Below are positions 51,481 to 64,000 of a DNA stretch of 64,000 nucleotides, piece by piece. Numbering within the stretch: the stretch's first letter is position 1; each line of letters begins with the position of its first letter. The position numbers and the translations under genes are program-made. The stretch spans positions 25,870,628-25,934,627 of the forward strand of contig OZ037767.1 in assembly GCA_964035545.1 (NCBI GenBank). The letters are read 5' to 3'. Origin of the DNA: Bugula neritina (Eukaryota; Animalia; Bryozoa). The notes under the pieces are model-generated. The model made no database searches. It was not told where the DNA came from and saw only the letters and a program-made list of their open reading frames with translations.

Positions 51481-54400
51481 TTAAAGTTTGCTGTCAGTTA
51501 TAGAGGTTTCTAATTTGGGTGGTTCACCAAAATCTTCTTCATCTACAGCCCAGGGTTGAGTCTCTCCTCTCGCAAATATTAAATAGAAAATGGCTCCAAA
51601 TACAAATATGGCTGCCCAAACATAAAACACTTTCTGCCATTCTTCAGCTGTGCCCTTCAAATATTAAGCACCATAGAAGCTGTGAATATGTATGAAGACA
51701 TTAATTTAATAACATGTACTACATTATTTTAATTCTATCAACATAATATAAATTATATAGGCCTACTGGACAAATTTAAAAGGTGTGATGATTAGTGAGC
51801 TACTAGAATAAGTTATTCATGTTCTATTTTTAAACTTCTTGGTTAAACATTTATTGGTTGAAATTTATCAATATCATTTAGGTACTTGGCTTAGCCAAAT
51901 ACCACTCTTGCTTGGTAAGCACCATTTTTGGTTTCCTGTGACATTCATAATTGTTGCACAATTGGTTAAAATCCTTACTTGGTTATTTGATTAAGGAGTT
52001 GTCTGCCTTGCATAGATACAAAAAAATACCCATTTCCTAAATCAATTGATAAAATACATGCAGTGAAATCACTGCTTCTTTAGCAGCATTCTTTAATCCA
52101 GATAATAGAGCATTACTTAAACAGGGAGATAACTTACATTAGGTGTCATTGCATTCACAAGAGACGGAGCTACCATTCCAGGGATTGTTGCGAATGTGTT
52201 ACTAATTCCAAATATCTCTCCAGCATACCTTTAACGTTAAAATACCATGTTTATGAGGGCAAACTATTAAAACTGCAAAGCGAGTTTTAATGTCCATTTA
52301 TCTTCATTTTGAGGTCTTACGGCTGTAAGAATGCGACTTTATTCATAAAATTTTGTACAGGATATTTGACGGTTGTTTTGATTTTTTTAAATAAATATTT
52401 GCTAGCGCTTTTGAATTCTTTAGTTATGAACAACAAATTTTTAAACTAATAGAAGAAGTTATTATTTGTTTGAGCCAGCATTTATATGACAGAAATACAT
52501 TGTTTCATTCTAGATTGAATAAAGTCAAGTCAAATATGAGTTGTTTTTGTATAAAGAGCATTAAATTAATAGTTTACATCTGATAGCATTTGATTAAAGA
52601 ACATTCCCTCAAAACATTTAGATTATATAAACATAGATATCAATCTATAAAGTGTTGACAAAACTAAATTTTACTAGGAAAAGAATAAGTATTTGTATTA
52701 AAATAACAATTTAGAATGTGTTTTAAAGTTCTTAAATAAAAATTTGAAAAAATTGGAACATACAGCTTTCGCCACTTACTTACTTAGCAGCAATATCTTG
52801 AGGGTTGGTGTTATAACCAGACCTATTGAACCCAGTAAAACCAACAGCTATCGTTAGAAAGACAACTCCAAGATAGTTCATGTTGCATGGGACATGGCCA
52901 GTTGCAACCAAAAGTCCAGCAGGTATGACAAAGGCTGTCACGATAAACAAAAATAGATAAGAGATGAATTAAAATGTAGGTGAAGTAACATCTAAATTTA
53001 ATCATTTCAAAGTTTTTATACTTTTAATGTTTATAAAATAGTGATTGGCTTTTTCCCTGAAATGATGTGGTTAGACTAGAAGTTATTGGCTAATAAGGGT
53101 CACTTGAGTACTTATATGTAATAGTATAGTATATAGCAAAAAGTTAATAAGTATGCACTACTACAAAATTTTGCTACTTACTCAAGAAAAAGCAAATATA
53201 TAATTTTGTGTATATTCTTGGCAAAAAAATGCTCAACAAAACTTGACTGATACATTGTAATTAAAATAAAATTATTATACTTCTTTTGAAAAAGTTTTGA
53301 AAAATGTATATAATTTGCCTATATAAAATTGCTTGTTAATTTTAAATTTTTAAGCCTACCCAAAGTCATGGCTATTTTTCTGGCATTTCTTGTTGAAACT
53401 TTTTTTCTTTTCCTCAGTTCATCCACAACATTAGAAACTGTGTTAGCGGCTAGAAACATGGCGATGTATGGCAGAGTAGAGTAAAGTCCATTCTACAAAA
53501 CAAAAATATAAAGCTGGCCACATTTGGTAAAGAATTAAAAGCAAAACTCTAAGTCAGCAAATTGCTGTCTAATTATATTATCCAAAAACTGAAGCTTAAA
53601 TTTTTAACATGAACATCCATGAACTATTTTCAACCAACTTTTATTATAATTTAGATAATACTAAGTTATAGAATTGATCACCATTGACTATTGTACTGAA
53701 TAAACAGATATTTTTGTGCTTTCAGGAAAGACAACACAAAATTTTGCCGCTAAATTTGTTTTATTACAATATTTTTCAACATAGGAATAAAATTGTTTTT
53801 TAATTATGCAATTTGATGCAAGCTATGCTCAAAAAAATTAAATAAATAACATATGTTAGGAACTCACAGATTTGATATCAAACTGCAATACTTCTTTCAT
53901 AAATGCTGGGAGTTTGGTTAGCAGAGTGTAGTTTCCAAAGTTGTTACAGCAATGAGCAACAATGATGGCCCACATGGCTGGTGATTTCATGATATCGAGC
54001 CATGGTACGTGAGTATTCTGCCATTATAATACAACATACTATATGATAACAACATAACAAACATATAGAATACTATAGTTTATCATGCATTGAGTACAAA
54101 TTGATTGTAAATTACATGTTTGTGTGTGTGCGTGTAAGCGTGTGTGTGAACAATTGTAAAACCCAATCAATAATATGACAATAAATGACAATAATTATTT
54201 TTTATTTAAGCTTTGATGAGTTTCTGTTTTAGTTAGAGACTGTTACGTTGCCCACAGCTTTCACAATTTATTATAGAATGAAAAATGGTCATTCAGCTAA
54301 CTTTTAAAATTGTACACTATATATTAGTTAATTTATCTTTGTTATTATTTAATGCTATAGCTCTATTAAAACCTCATGCAGGAGCAGACAACATGCAATG

Positions 54401-57400
54401 TGAATAAGCAATAAGCATTAATAACAACATAATATATATCATATAGTAGGTCATATATCCTGTTTCTTATTACGAGGACTTTTGGAAGATTGAGTGAAAG
54501 TATTATAAAATAAAGTATGGGAAATGTACTTCATCAAACATATAAAGTGATATACATTAAGCTCAATGCATTAATTAGTAGAGGGAGTACAAGATGAATG
54601 TGTTAAAGTTAGCCGTGCAATAACAGTGTGAAGATTAATGAAGGCTAGTAGGAAATGTGCCTATGGAATGCATTACCACAATTAATCTCACCTTGTTATT
54701 GAGCAAGAATTTGACATACTCCTGCAGTACAAAATTAACAGCTATAGGCCTAAAAAACTTGAGTTGCTCATGCCATTACTGAATATGCCTTTCAACCATC
54801 TAACTGCTAACAGAATCTTTTGATATACTAATATAATAACTAATTAACAGTGTTTAGATTTGGAGGTTTTCTTCTCATGCCAAAGCACAGTGTTATTAAG
54901 TTATCTTTACACCTAGCCAAATAGTGTGGAGTATAGGACAAGACAAGAACTTTACTTTAGTCTGAAAAGTTGTGACACTAATTATTAAGGTCATTTTCTG
55001 GTGCGCTGCTTTGACAGCCGGGAAATGCTTTACTACTGATGCTCACTCTATTTGATGTTATAGGTGGTTTCCTGGTGAGTCAAGAAAATATTCCTAACTT
55101 ACAAAACGAAGCGAAGTTATATTTAAAACTAGAGTAGTATAAATATTTGAATTAAATCAAAACCATCAGTATAAAATAGACCTTTAATATCAAAAGAAGA
55201 AAAGCTATACTATTCATAATATATTATTTGATGGATTAGGATAGCATTACATTATTTTCATCAACTAACCCACTCATTCTTGATGCAGTTACAACATTAT
55301 TTATCAGTAAACAAAACCCAAACACCAGTTGTAAACAATACATCGATTTTATTTTGTTAAGATAACGACTCCAAAAGAACTTATAAGCTCACAATTAAAC
55401 AGCCTCACCTTCCCTATCTCTTTGCCTTCCATGGCCTGTTGAATGTGGAGTTTTTCCCTCCTGCTGATTCGTGGGTGGTCAGCTGGTGAGTCATAGATAG
55501 TGAAAGCCCACACAAGGCAAAACAGAAGGCATAGACCACCTCCAATATAAAACATACTTGGCCACCCACCATCAAATGACTTCCACTCACAAAAGAATCC
55601 TCCAAGACCCAGCATTAGCACATTTCCTACCTTTAAGTAATGACTTAATTTAGCAGTTTTGTTACAGAAGATTGGTCAATTATCTTAAAGTTTTTCTCAC
55701 CTATCTCCGCTTTGTACTACTCGGGTAGCGGGACTAATTATCAATTATCTTAAATATCTACTTACAAATATCAACTTTTAATACAGTTTCTATCTTTGAA
55801 TGTAGTTTATGGCTTAAGCTACAGGAAAATGAAAAACCTGTGGTTGTTGTTGTGGGACAACAAGTGATCAGTTACATGGGAAATGTGTTGTTACAGTTCT
55901 AATGAACTTGACCTCTGAGTAAATTTCACTTTCTTATTTTCAATTACGACGATTGACAACTATTAAAATGTCAACAAATAGACCACTTACCATGGTTCCA
56001 GAAAAACAGAACACTGCTAATTTACTTCTTTCATAAGGTGGAGCCCATCGGCCGAGTAAATTCTGCATAGCAGGAAAGACAACTCCAGTAGAGAGTCCAG
56101 CTATAACTCTTAATGCTATTACCAAATATGATGATACTCTGTAATTCACACCATCAAACCTAACAAAAATAAATTATATTTTTAGTGAAAGAAACAGAGT
56201 AGTCACTATAACAACAAAATGACATACTGCACAAAATTATATTTTGAAATTTCAGTTGATTTTGAGAGTCTTTTTAAACTGGTTTATGCTAAGAGTCTGA
56301 AGTTTATTGAAAGAGTCAACCACCTTTCCTTATTTTATTACATTCAGGTCAATATATTTAAAAACAACACAGTGATAATAAACAGTGTACAGAATTTGCA
56401 GTGTTTGATTAGTGTAAAACTGATGTAGTAAAAGTTGAAAAATAAGTTTAACATTATATCTCAAATGTAAATGGTGAAAAAGAAAATTTGTATTGACTAA
56501 AAATCATTTACCAAAAATAAATTAGAAACTTTATTCGCGCTTGACCAGTATATTAGACTAATTTATCAAAAAAACTGTTTAAATAAAATTCAGAGCTGAA
56601 TATTTTACATTAGTTGCTAGTTTGTAACAGAATATAATACTTTTATTTTCAAACCATCACTGCAACTATCAGGTACAAACCTGGCTGCAAATGGGGTGGC
56701 CAGCGTGACCGCCCCGTATATAATCAGTCCAACCAGCATTACTCTCTTTCCTCCAAATCTTCCAGAGAGATATCCACCAGGAATCTGAGTGACCAGATAT
56801 CCGTAGAAGAAAGAACTCAGAACCCAACCTTGGGTGGTCTTGTCCCATTCTATTTCACCTTCATTAGCCTAAAGTCCATGGACAGCCATGTGCAATTACA
56901 ATAATTACAATAATAAGCATCAGATGCAATAATAATCGCATGTAAATATTTAAAGATGTCGTATGTTAAAAAAATTAAACAAAATATGTGTAAACAGGAA
57001 AAGGCCATGTTGCAGTTAATTTAAGTTTTTTTTTAAAGTTTGATGAAACATATGAACAACTATATGTATTGTAACACCCGATTGGTGTTGGTTCAATATT
57101 ATTTGAATGGAAAATTACATTTATATGGTAAAGTTGCTTGAGTTTGCAATACAAATCATCATCTTTCAATGTGTTTACATATAGACCTTTAGGCATCAAA
57201 ATAGCTGATGCATCAGAGGCCACATGCCTGCTTGCTTACATACTTAGATTTCAATGTATGTGTTGATGCATGCCTGTATGTATGTTTGTATAATGTGCGC
57301 ATGAGTTCATGTGTATGTATGTGTGCATGTGTGTATGTGTTAGCTGTAATTAACACATGTTCATCTAATGCAGCTTCCAAATAACCTTTCCAAACTGTAG

Positions 57401-58601
57401 TTATACAAAGATCTAAACTGCTTATTTATGTAGAAAATTTTTATTTAATGTGTGAAGTTGACAATTGAGAATGCTCTAATTTAGAGACTAGGAGAAAGTG
57501 AAGAGAATAGATCAACAATATGCATGTGGTACTAAACCTCTATTAACTATAGATGCCTTTAGGGTTTAACAGCTATTATCTAATCAGTTTTCTACACTGT
57601 GGAATTAAATATATTATGATAACGTAAAGTCACACTAGATGCTAAATGATGAACAGTTAATTCAGTAGAGGCTTCATCACTGATAACCACATTTTATCTT
57701 TGAACTGGATAACAACATTTTATCTTTGAAAGTCTATACATTATTAGTGACTTACTTTTAATGCCATTTGTTATGAATATAATATATTTTATCAATATAA
57801 CAGCTCACCACAGAACAATATTAAGACTGAACATGGTCAGTGGCTCTCACCTGAGATGACAGAGTTTCATTGCTGCCAAAAGATGAGGCAGCACATTCCT
57901 CTGAAACAGCTTTCTGCACAAAAGTGGAAGTGTTTGCTGCCTTCACCATGCAGACCACAGCTATACCCATATTTATTCTTAGTGCATAGATGAGAGTAAA
58001 GCAGATGCAGCCAATATACGACAGCATCCATCGACATGATGTTAGTACTTGAAAGGTAGTTTCTAAAGTGTAGAAAGTTGTTAACATTGTATTTACATTT
58101 TATTGAATAATAAATATATATTCACTGTACTGATGAGCACAAGCAAGGAATTTATTTTATAATAACAATTTGCAACGTTTGCTTGATTTTTATATATTTT
58201 CAATTTTATTTCTATATTCTTAAACAAAAACTTGGCATTATTTACAAGTTTTTGCTTCATATAATATAATTTTGTCATAAAATTTACTTGCTCCAAGTTT
58301 TGGCACTGGAAATAAAATTATATAATTGTTTTCTACATCTGATAAGCTTGACTCCTGAATTTTCAAAAATGCTTGTAAAATTGCAACTTATATGCTATAC
58401 TGTACCACGATGCACCTAGTATTATAATCTAAGTTGTATTCAAAAGGAAGATGTAGGGGGAATTCCCCAAGCATGTCCCGTTTCAAAAACATCACTTAAT
58501 TTCACTTAACACAGCTAACTAATTAGGTTGGTACCTGTTTCTTCTTTCTCAACTTCAAGTTCTTCTAAGATATGGTTAGTAGATTTATTTACACTTGCCA
58601 T
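51481..58601 (-). CDS. SLC17 (sialin-like) anion transporter, paralogue B, 10 exons
   Basis: Same exon structure and motifs as paralogue A; ATG at 58601 ([16 protein letters not shown]), stop at 51481. Confidence 0.88.
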
Positions 58602-59537
58602 CTTGTTTTTGTAGTTGAATAGAAAAGATTCCTAGACAGCCATATATATATAATTACAAATCAGCTACTGATTAAATAGATATGCGTCAACCAAGTAGAT
58701 ACCTTCAAACATTTGCCTCTAAAGGATTATAGTAACACTGTAAGTAGCTAGATTAAAGACAAATATTGGAAGTCAAAGGTCACTAGAATCTAATCTCTGA
58801 GATCTACTCTTGTCAGATATAACAAATTAATTCAAGTGTTTAAATAATGATAATAATATTTATAAATTCCTTTAAAAGAGCAAGATGACAAAGTATGGGC
58901 AAGTTTGCCTATTGTTGTTATTATGATACTATATATCAAAATATAGATATCATATTTTCCGTGAAAGTTTACATAAAGCATTCCTTCAGCTTGAGAGGTC
59001 TGAGAAAATGTATTGTGAATAAAGTAATTACTGTGATTATACTAAATACTTTATATATTTATGAGAAGTTTATGAGAAATTTATGAGAGGCTAATATAAA
59101 ACCGAAATGTGCTGTAATGGCAGCTAAACACTTTAAACTATCGACTATAAAATATTCCATATCAAGTTCTGAGCAGCTAAATTATTAGAATTTTCATTAA
59201 AAGGAAGCATATCTAGTTCACCACTCAGCTTGTATAAGTACTTGTTATATTCAATGCATAGAAATATTACACCCACGCACGCACCTGTTTCCATCTGAAT
59301 ATGCTGTGCAAGTCTTTAACCATATAAGATCAATTGTAGCTCAAATATTTATATATATTACCAAAATTATGTGTGTATCTCTTACACCATGCATCTAAAA
59401 CAGGTCATAAAGTAAAAGTAGTGTCCAATGGTGTACAGTTGCTGTTGCAACAGATTGTTGTAGGACTCTAAAATTGCCTTGTGTTATGCTAGTAAGGATC
59501 AGAAGCTAGCTGCTAGTCAATGTTACTTTTTTAAAGA

Positions 59538-59659
59538 CTAGGAACCGCTAGAAGCAGCACAAAGTTGAGGTCATTGGACAGATAGACATCGATATACCCC
59601 CTCCTCAATCATTGCATTCCGTGACCACCACCTTTGTGCTGCTTCAAGCGATTTTCTAG
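59538..59659. mobile_element. Small hairpin / MITE-like element with ~40-bp imperfect inverted arms
   Basis: ctaggaaccgctagaagcagcacaaagttgaggtca versus tgaccaccacctttgtgctgcttcaagcgattttctag. Confidence 0.6.
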
Positions 59660-59797
59660 CAGCCCATTAGCTGGTAATCACATCAAAACAAAACATTCCT
59701 AATAGCAAAATCCTGTTTTATATACAAAATAACCTTGCTTGCTGGTATTGTGTGATGGCATAATGGGTTTCAATGATCAACTAATTTGTATCTGTTA

Positions 59798-59801
<4 letters not shown>

Positions 59802-59870
<69 letters not shown>
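59802..59870. repeat. (TA)n microsatellite
   Basis: Directly visible. Confidence 0.95.
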
Positions 59871-59873
<3 letters not shown>

Positions 59874-59941
59874 GCTCTCATTTAATGCTCAGCAATGACA
59901 TTAAGTGATTGAGCACTCTAACCATGGTCACATGATGTAAC

Positions 59942-59974
<33 letters not shown>

Positions 59975-60598
59975 AAATGGTGTATATATATGTATGTATA
60001 TATGTATATATATGTATGCATGTTTATATTAGATACATATGTTTTATGATAATTGAGTGCTTATAGCAGAATGGGAACATCGTCTAAATAAACTGACTTG
60101 ATAGTTGTAATCATAATATAAAAGCACGATATATTATTCACATAATAATGGATATGTCAACATAGTTTAGTATCAAATCATTCACAAACATGTTTATTTT
60201 TATAATAATACCAATAGAATTATCCCGAAGAAGTGATGCAGTATAATATGAAGCACTCAATAAGTAAAAAGCTTAAACAAATTCTATAAAAATGATAAAA
60301 AAATGCAAAAAGAAAATACTAAAAATACAAAATTTTCAATATAAAAGGCAGAATATAAAGAGAACATCTATAGCATGTAGTAATCTTGTTAACAAACAAT
60401 CTGATCAAAATTGGTAAAACATAATTTATATATTCCTGTTTGTATGAATAAAATACAGGTATGAATACATGGATGTATGTAAATAAGGAACTCAAGTTAA
60501 TGAAGGCACACAACTTCCAACAGCTGATGTGTATTATTTTTATCTCAAGTTACAGACATTCAAAACTTTTCCAGAAATCATTTGCCACTGTGCAGTCC

Positions 60599-63270
60599 TC
60601 AAACTGAAGGATTGAAACCAGGGAAGAGGTAGAGTGTCTTACTAGGCTCCAGCCAATTGAAACAAGTCACTAACTGGCTGCCAACTCTGATACCTCTCTG
60701 TTGATATTTCTCTCTCTGCTTATTTATCTTGTGCTGTATCTGTTGACACACAAGAAACCAGCCCAATTATAAGCATACTCTTATACTTTAGGAACCTAGT
60801 CTAATCTTTACTCATTCAATCAGAATATATTGGCCAGCTAAGTAATTCCTTAAATTCAATGCGTTTCCATGACTTCACATTATGGGTATGGATGCTCGTA
60901 TAAATGAATTTATGGTGGTGGTTTCATTCGATGCAACTTTTTCCAAACATGAAAAATTCACTTGCATAATGTAAAGCTTAAAAAGGTAATAAAGTTGCAG
61001 ATGTAGGAGGGGTAAAAACTTACACTAATCTATTCAGTGAAAGTTCATGCTGAAAAGACTTGAGTTTGTAAATTGATGCACCTTGTATCTATAGAGCATA
61101 TAATGGGTTTGTAGGAATTACCTGTTTAGAGAGGTCCTCTACATGCTTATGACATGAATGTTTGTACAATGTTGATACGGTAGCTCTGATGAAAAATGAG
61201 CCAAAATTAGGATGCCGATAAGACACAAACCCTGAGAAAGAAACAAATATAAATGCAATAAAATTACTTTTAAATAAAACATTGATGTCGATGTAACAAA
61301 CATTGGGTAAAGAAAATGCGCTGGCAAACCAAAACAGCAAAATTTTAATAACTGCAAAATAGATCTTCTGTGTGAATAACAACTGAGTTGATATTTAGTC
61401 AATATTTACAGCACCCTTAGGCCAAATAAGGAGCAGCTGGGGTTAGAGTGTTGGCTTAGTTATATACGAAGTCATGGGTTCAAGTCCCATTAAAGGCCAC
61501 TGGTGATGTTAGGAAGAGCATCCAGTCATAATTGCTCCTGTGTCACACATGAATAAGTCCTTAGCCTGCTTTGAAAAAACCCTTTTCCATCAGGGTTTAT
61601 CACAGGGATAGTGACTATAAACTTGCGTGAGTTTTTTTATGCCAAGTCAATAGCATAATAAAACAAATTGAAGCAAGAGATATTCTGAGAGGTTACCAGG
61701 TGCACTGGAGTTCAAAAGATATATTCCCTGGTAAGAAGGGATTTCCCCAGGGAGAGGTATAACTGGCGGAGGTAGATCTCCTGGTTCCAAACCCTCATCT
61801 TCCGGTTGCAATAATTGACCACCATTTTCTGCGCTTGGATCAATTCTATTGTCATGTGAAAGTGGTTGATTCATTCGATCTTCCGACACTAATTAAAACA
61901 ACACAATCAATTGTTTTATTACATGTAATTGTTAATTATGTATGCAGTTTCCATACACTAGTACATTATCTTATCTGTGCTTTACTAGAATACCTCTACA
62001 CATCTATTACAATTATAAATTACAATTATGAAAAACTACAAGACAGTGAAACAAGAGCAAGAAAGTCTATAACTGCTGAAAGTTACAAGAAAAAGTTAAA
62101 CATATAATTCACTACATTATAGATTATTAGCTAATAAAAGCAACAACTTGCCTCCTGAACAGGCCTGTATGATGACCAGTTTGGGTCTACCGGCCATCTT
62201 TGTGAACTTATAGTTGGACAGCAAATCTAGGATTTCCTTTCGTTGGACAGATATTTCATCTATACCACAGATGGTAGTCTCGTCACCATGTGTCATGATT
62301 ACCAAAACAAACATACCATAGCAGCCATGTTCTTCATTTTGTGTTTCACTATGTATTGTATCTATCATTTCCTGTCAATAAAAAACACTAAAATTTAAAA
62401 GAATAAAATAATGGTTTATCATATTGTTAAATAAAAATATTATAATAACAAAAGAAACCGGCTAAAAGTAGACTAATGTGAAAATCTATTAGTCTAATAA
62501 ATTGATTACAAAGTATCCAAACATCAGTAAAGACAGCACCTATAGTTGAACCGTGAGCAAACTCATCAGTGATTGGCCAACTTAAAGAAGGTTGGACTAA
62601 CCTGTGCTGTCAAGTCTTGATGCCGTGTACAATCGAAAGCAAGCGCAGTAAAAACATTTTCAATGTTTTGCGTATCGACATCAGAACCAAGTCTAGGAGG
62701 ATCAAAGTTATAGTTGTTTATAATGAGACACCTTCCTCTATAAGGCTGAGATATCTGGTACACCTGCAAAGGTGAGAATGCATATCCAACCTGCGGACAA
62801 TGCGAAAACAGCGTTTCATAAACTTTGGTAAAGTGATCTCTTTAAATACTAAAGTGTCCATCTAGAGTGGCTCAAAATCAACCAGTTGTTTAGTTTAGAA
62901 AATTAGCCTGGTAACTTCAAAAAAATCATAAGTGATCCAACAATGAGTCAAAATGTCAAAACTACAAAGTAAATATTTTGCAAACCACAATATCTGTGTA
63001 CAGTCACGTTGACCGAGTGCCTTTGATTTATTTATAATGTAATTTCTATTTTAAAGCCAGAAACTAACTCATGCCTCCTTATAATTATCAGTATGAAAAA
63101 AGCTAAAAATCCTCATTTAAGTAGACTAACTCTATCTGATTGGTTGAAGAGTTGCCGGACATCTAGTGAAGTGCATGGCTTCATGTATATGTGAGGCTCC
63201 ATGATAGTAAGGTGGTCGTTCCTCTCATCCATAAACTCATCATCATCTGAGAAACCACCATCATCGTTAT
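60599..63270 (-). CDS. Caspase (peptidase C14; caspase-2/9-like), 5'-partial
   Basis: Exons 63270-63131, 62763-62602, 62371-62152, 61888-61697, 61231-61122 and 60739-60599. Motifs: RGRCLIINN, RLGSDVD, MTHG (catalytic His), GRPKLVIIQACSG (catalytic Cys), VSYRHPNFGSFFI, KTLYLFPG. No start codon or prodomain exon was found in the window. Confidence 0.9.
61435..61624 (+). mobile_element. tRNA-derived SINE, copy 2, in a caspase intron
   Basis: A-box-like agctggggttagagtg, B box gggttcaagtccc (~61477-61488); aligns with 23198-23389. Confidence 0.82.
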
Positions 63271-63331
63271 CTAAGAAAGCAGGAGCAAATTTACAAGACA
63301 TTTTAAAAACATCTATTTTCATTATGGAAAT

Positions 63332-63754
63332 GGGTCATTTTATTTAATTTAGTACACACTGGAAATCTCTAATTTTTAGCTATTTTTCACAATTTAGCCA
63401 CTAAAGAAACATAGGTTTTTGCCCAACATTAGTAAAATATCAATAAATACTTCTAAGTAATCAAGGTTCTTTTTAATTTTGCTTGATTTCCCATGTTTTT
63501 CCTAATTATTCGGCTAATTTGGATTGCGGATCGTTGTTGGTTTTTTTAGTAACGGTCCGCAATCCAAATTAGCCAAATAAATAAGAAAAAACCTGGTAAA
63601 TCATGCAAAATTAAAAATAACCTTGATTATTTAGGTATATTTTTTAATATTTAACTAGTTTTGAGCAAAAACTCATGCTCATTAGCAGCTAAATTGTGAA
63701 AAATAGCTAAAAACTAGAGAGTTCCACTGTGTACTAAACTAAATACAATGAGCT
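63332..63754. mobile_element. Foldback/MITE element, ~420-bp imperfect palindrome
   Basis: Arms pair from gggtcatt...tttagtacacactggaa to ttccactgtgtactaaa...aatgagct, with centre ggctaatttggattgcgga / tccgcaatccaaattagcc. Candidate 4-bp TSD AAAT at 63328-63331 and 63755-63758. Confidence 0.85.
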
Positions 63755-64000
63755 AAATTAAAGTGACGCTCTCAAGCTTACAACACAGTCTGAGAATGAC
63801 ATTTACAAATAGCTGCTGTATATGGCTTTTGATTTTATAAGATTGTGCAATGAGTGAAAAAATTCGACTATGAATAAAGAACAAGTTTTTGATTATGTCA
63901 TTATGCCCATCCACAAGAATTAAATTTATAGAATCACTAAAACCATATTAATTATTAACATTGGTAATTGAATTATATATATTTAAATGAATTGCGACTT

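Noticed and set aside
61435-61500. Possible tRNA gene
   Set aside because: Has A/B boxes but no convincing cloverleaf, and it continues into a body shared with 23198-23389, so it is a SINE head.

Overview
AT-rich, intron-containing animal genomic DNA, probably an invertebrate; the species cannot be identified from sequence alone. I reconstructed nine spliced genes by hand from GT/GC-AG junctions and frame continuity: RTN4IP1 (+), a Quiver/Sleepless-like Ly6/uPAR three-finger protein (+), an SLC46/PCFT-like MFS transporter (+), an unrecognised multi-exon protein (+), TTC36 (-), a compact Polyhomeotic-like HD1-FCS-SAM protein (+), two tandem SLC17/sialin-like transporters (-), and a 5'-partial caspase with a QACSG active site (-). 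The most striking structure is a young Penelope-like retroelement at 23887-26292. It forms an apparently perfect 996-bp inverted repeat, each arm carries a minimal hammerhead ribozyme, it is embedded in (TA)n, and an 11-bp direct repeat brackets it. It lies between two candidate alternative last exons of the SLC46 gene. Other notable features: tandem duplications that copy splice junctions, a U1-like sequence that could mask a 5' splice site, patchy gene conversion between the SLC17 paralogues, a two-copy tRNA-type SINE, and several MITE/foldback elements. Most short ORFs in the supplied track are microsatellite or antisense artefacts. All exon models and family assignments are by eye and need RNA-seq and HMM confirmation.
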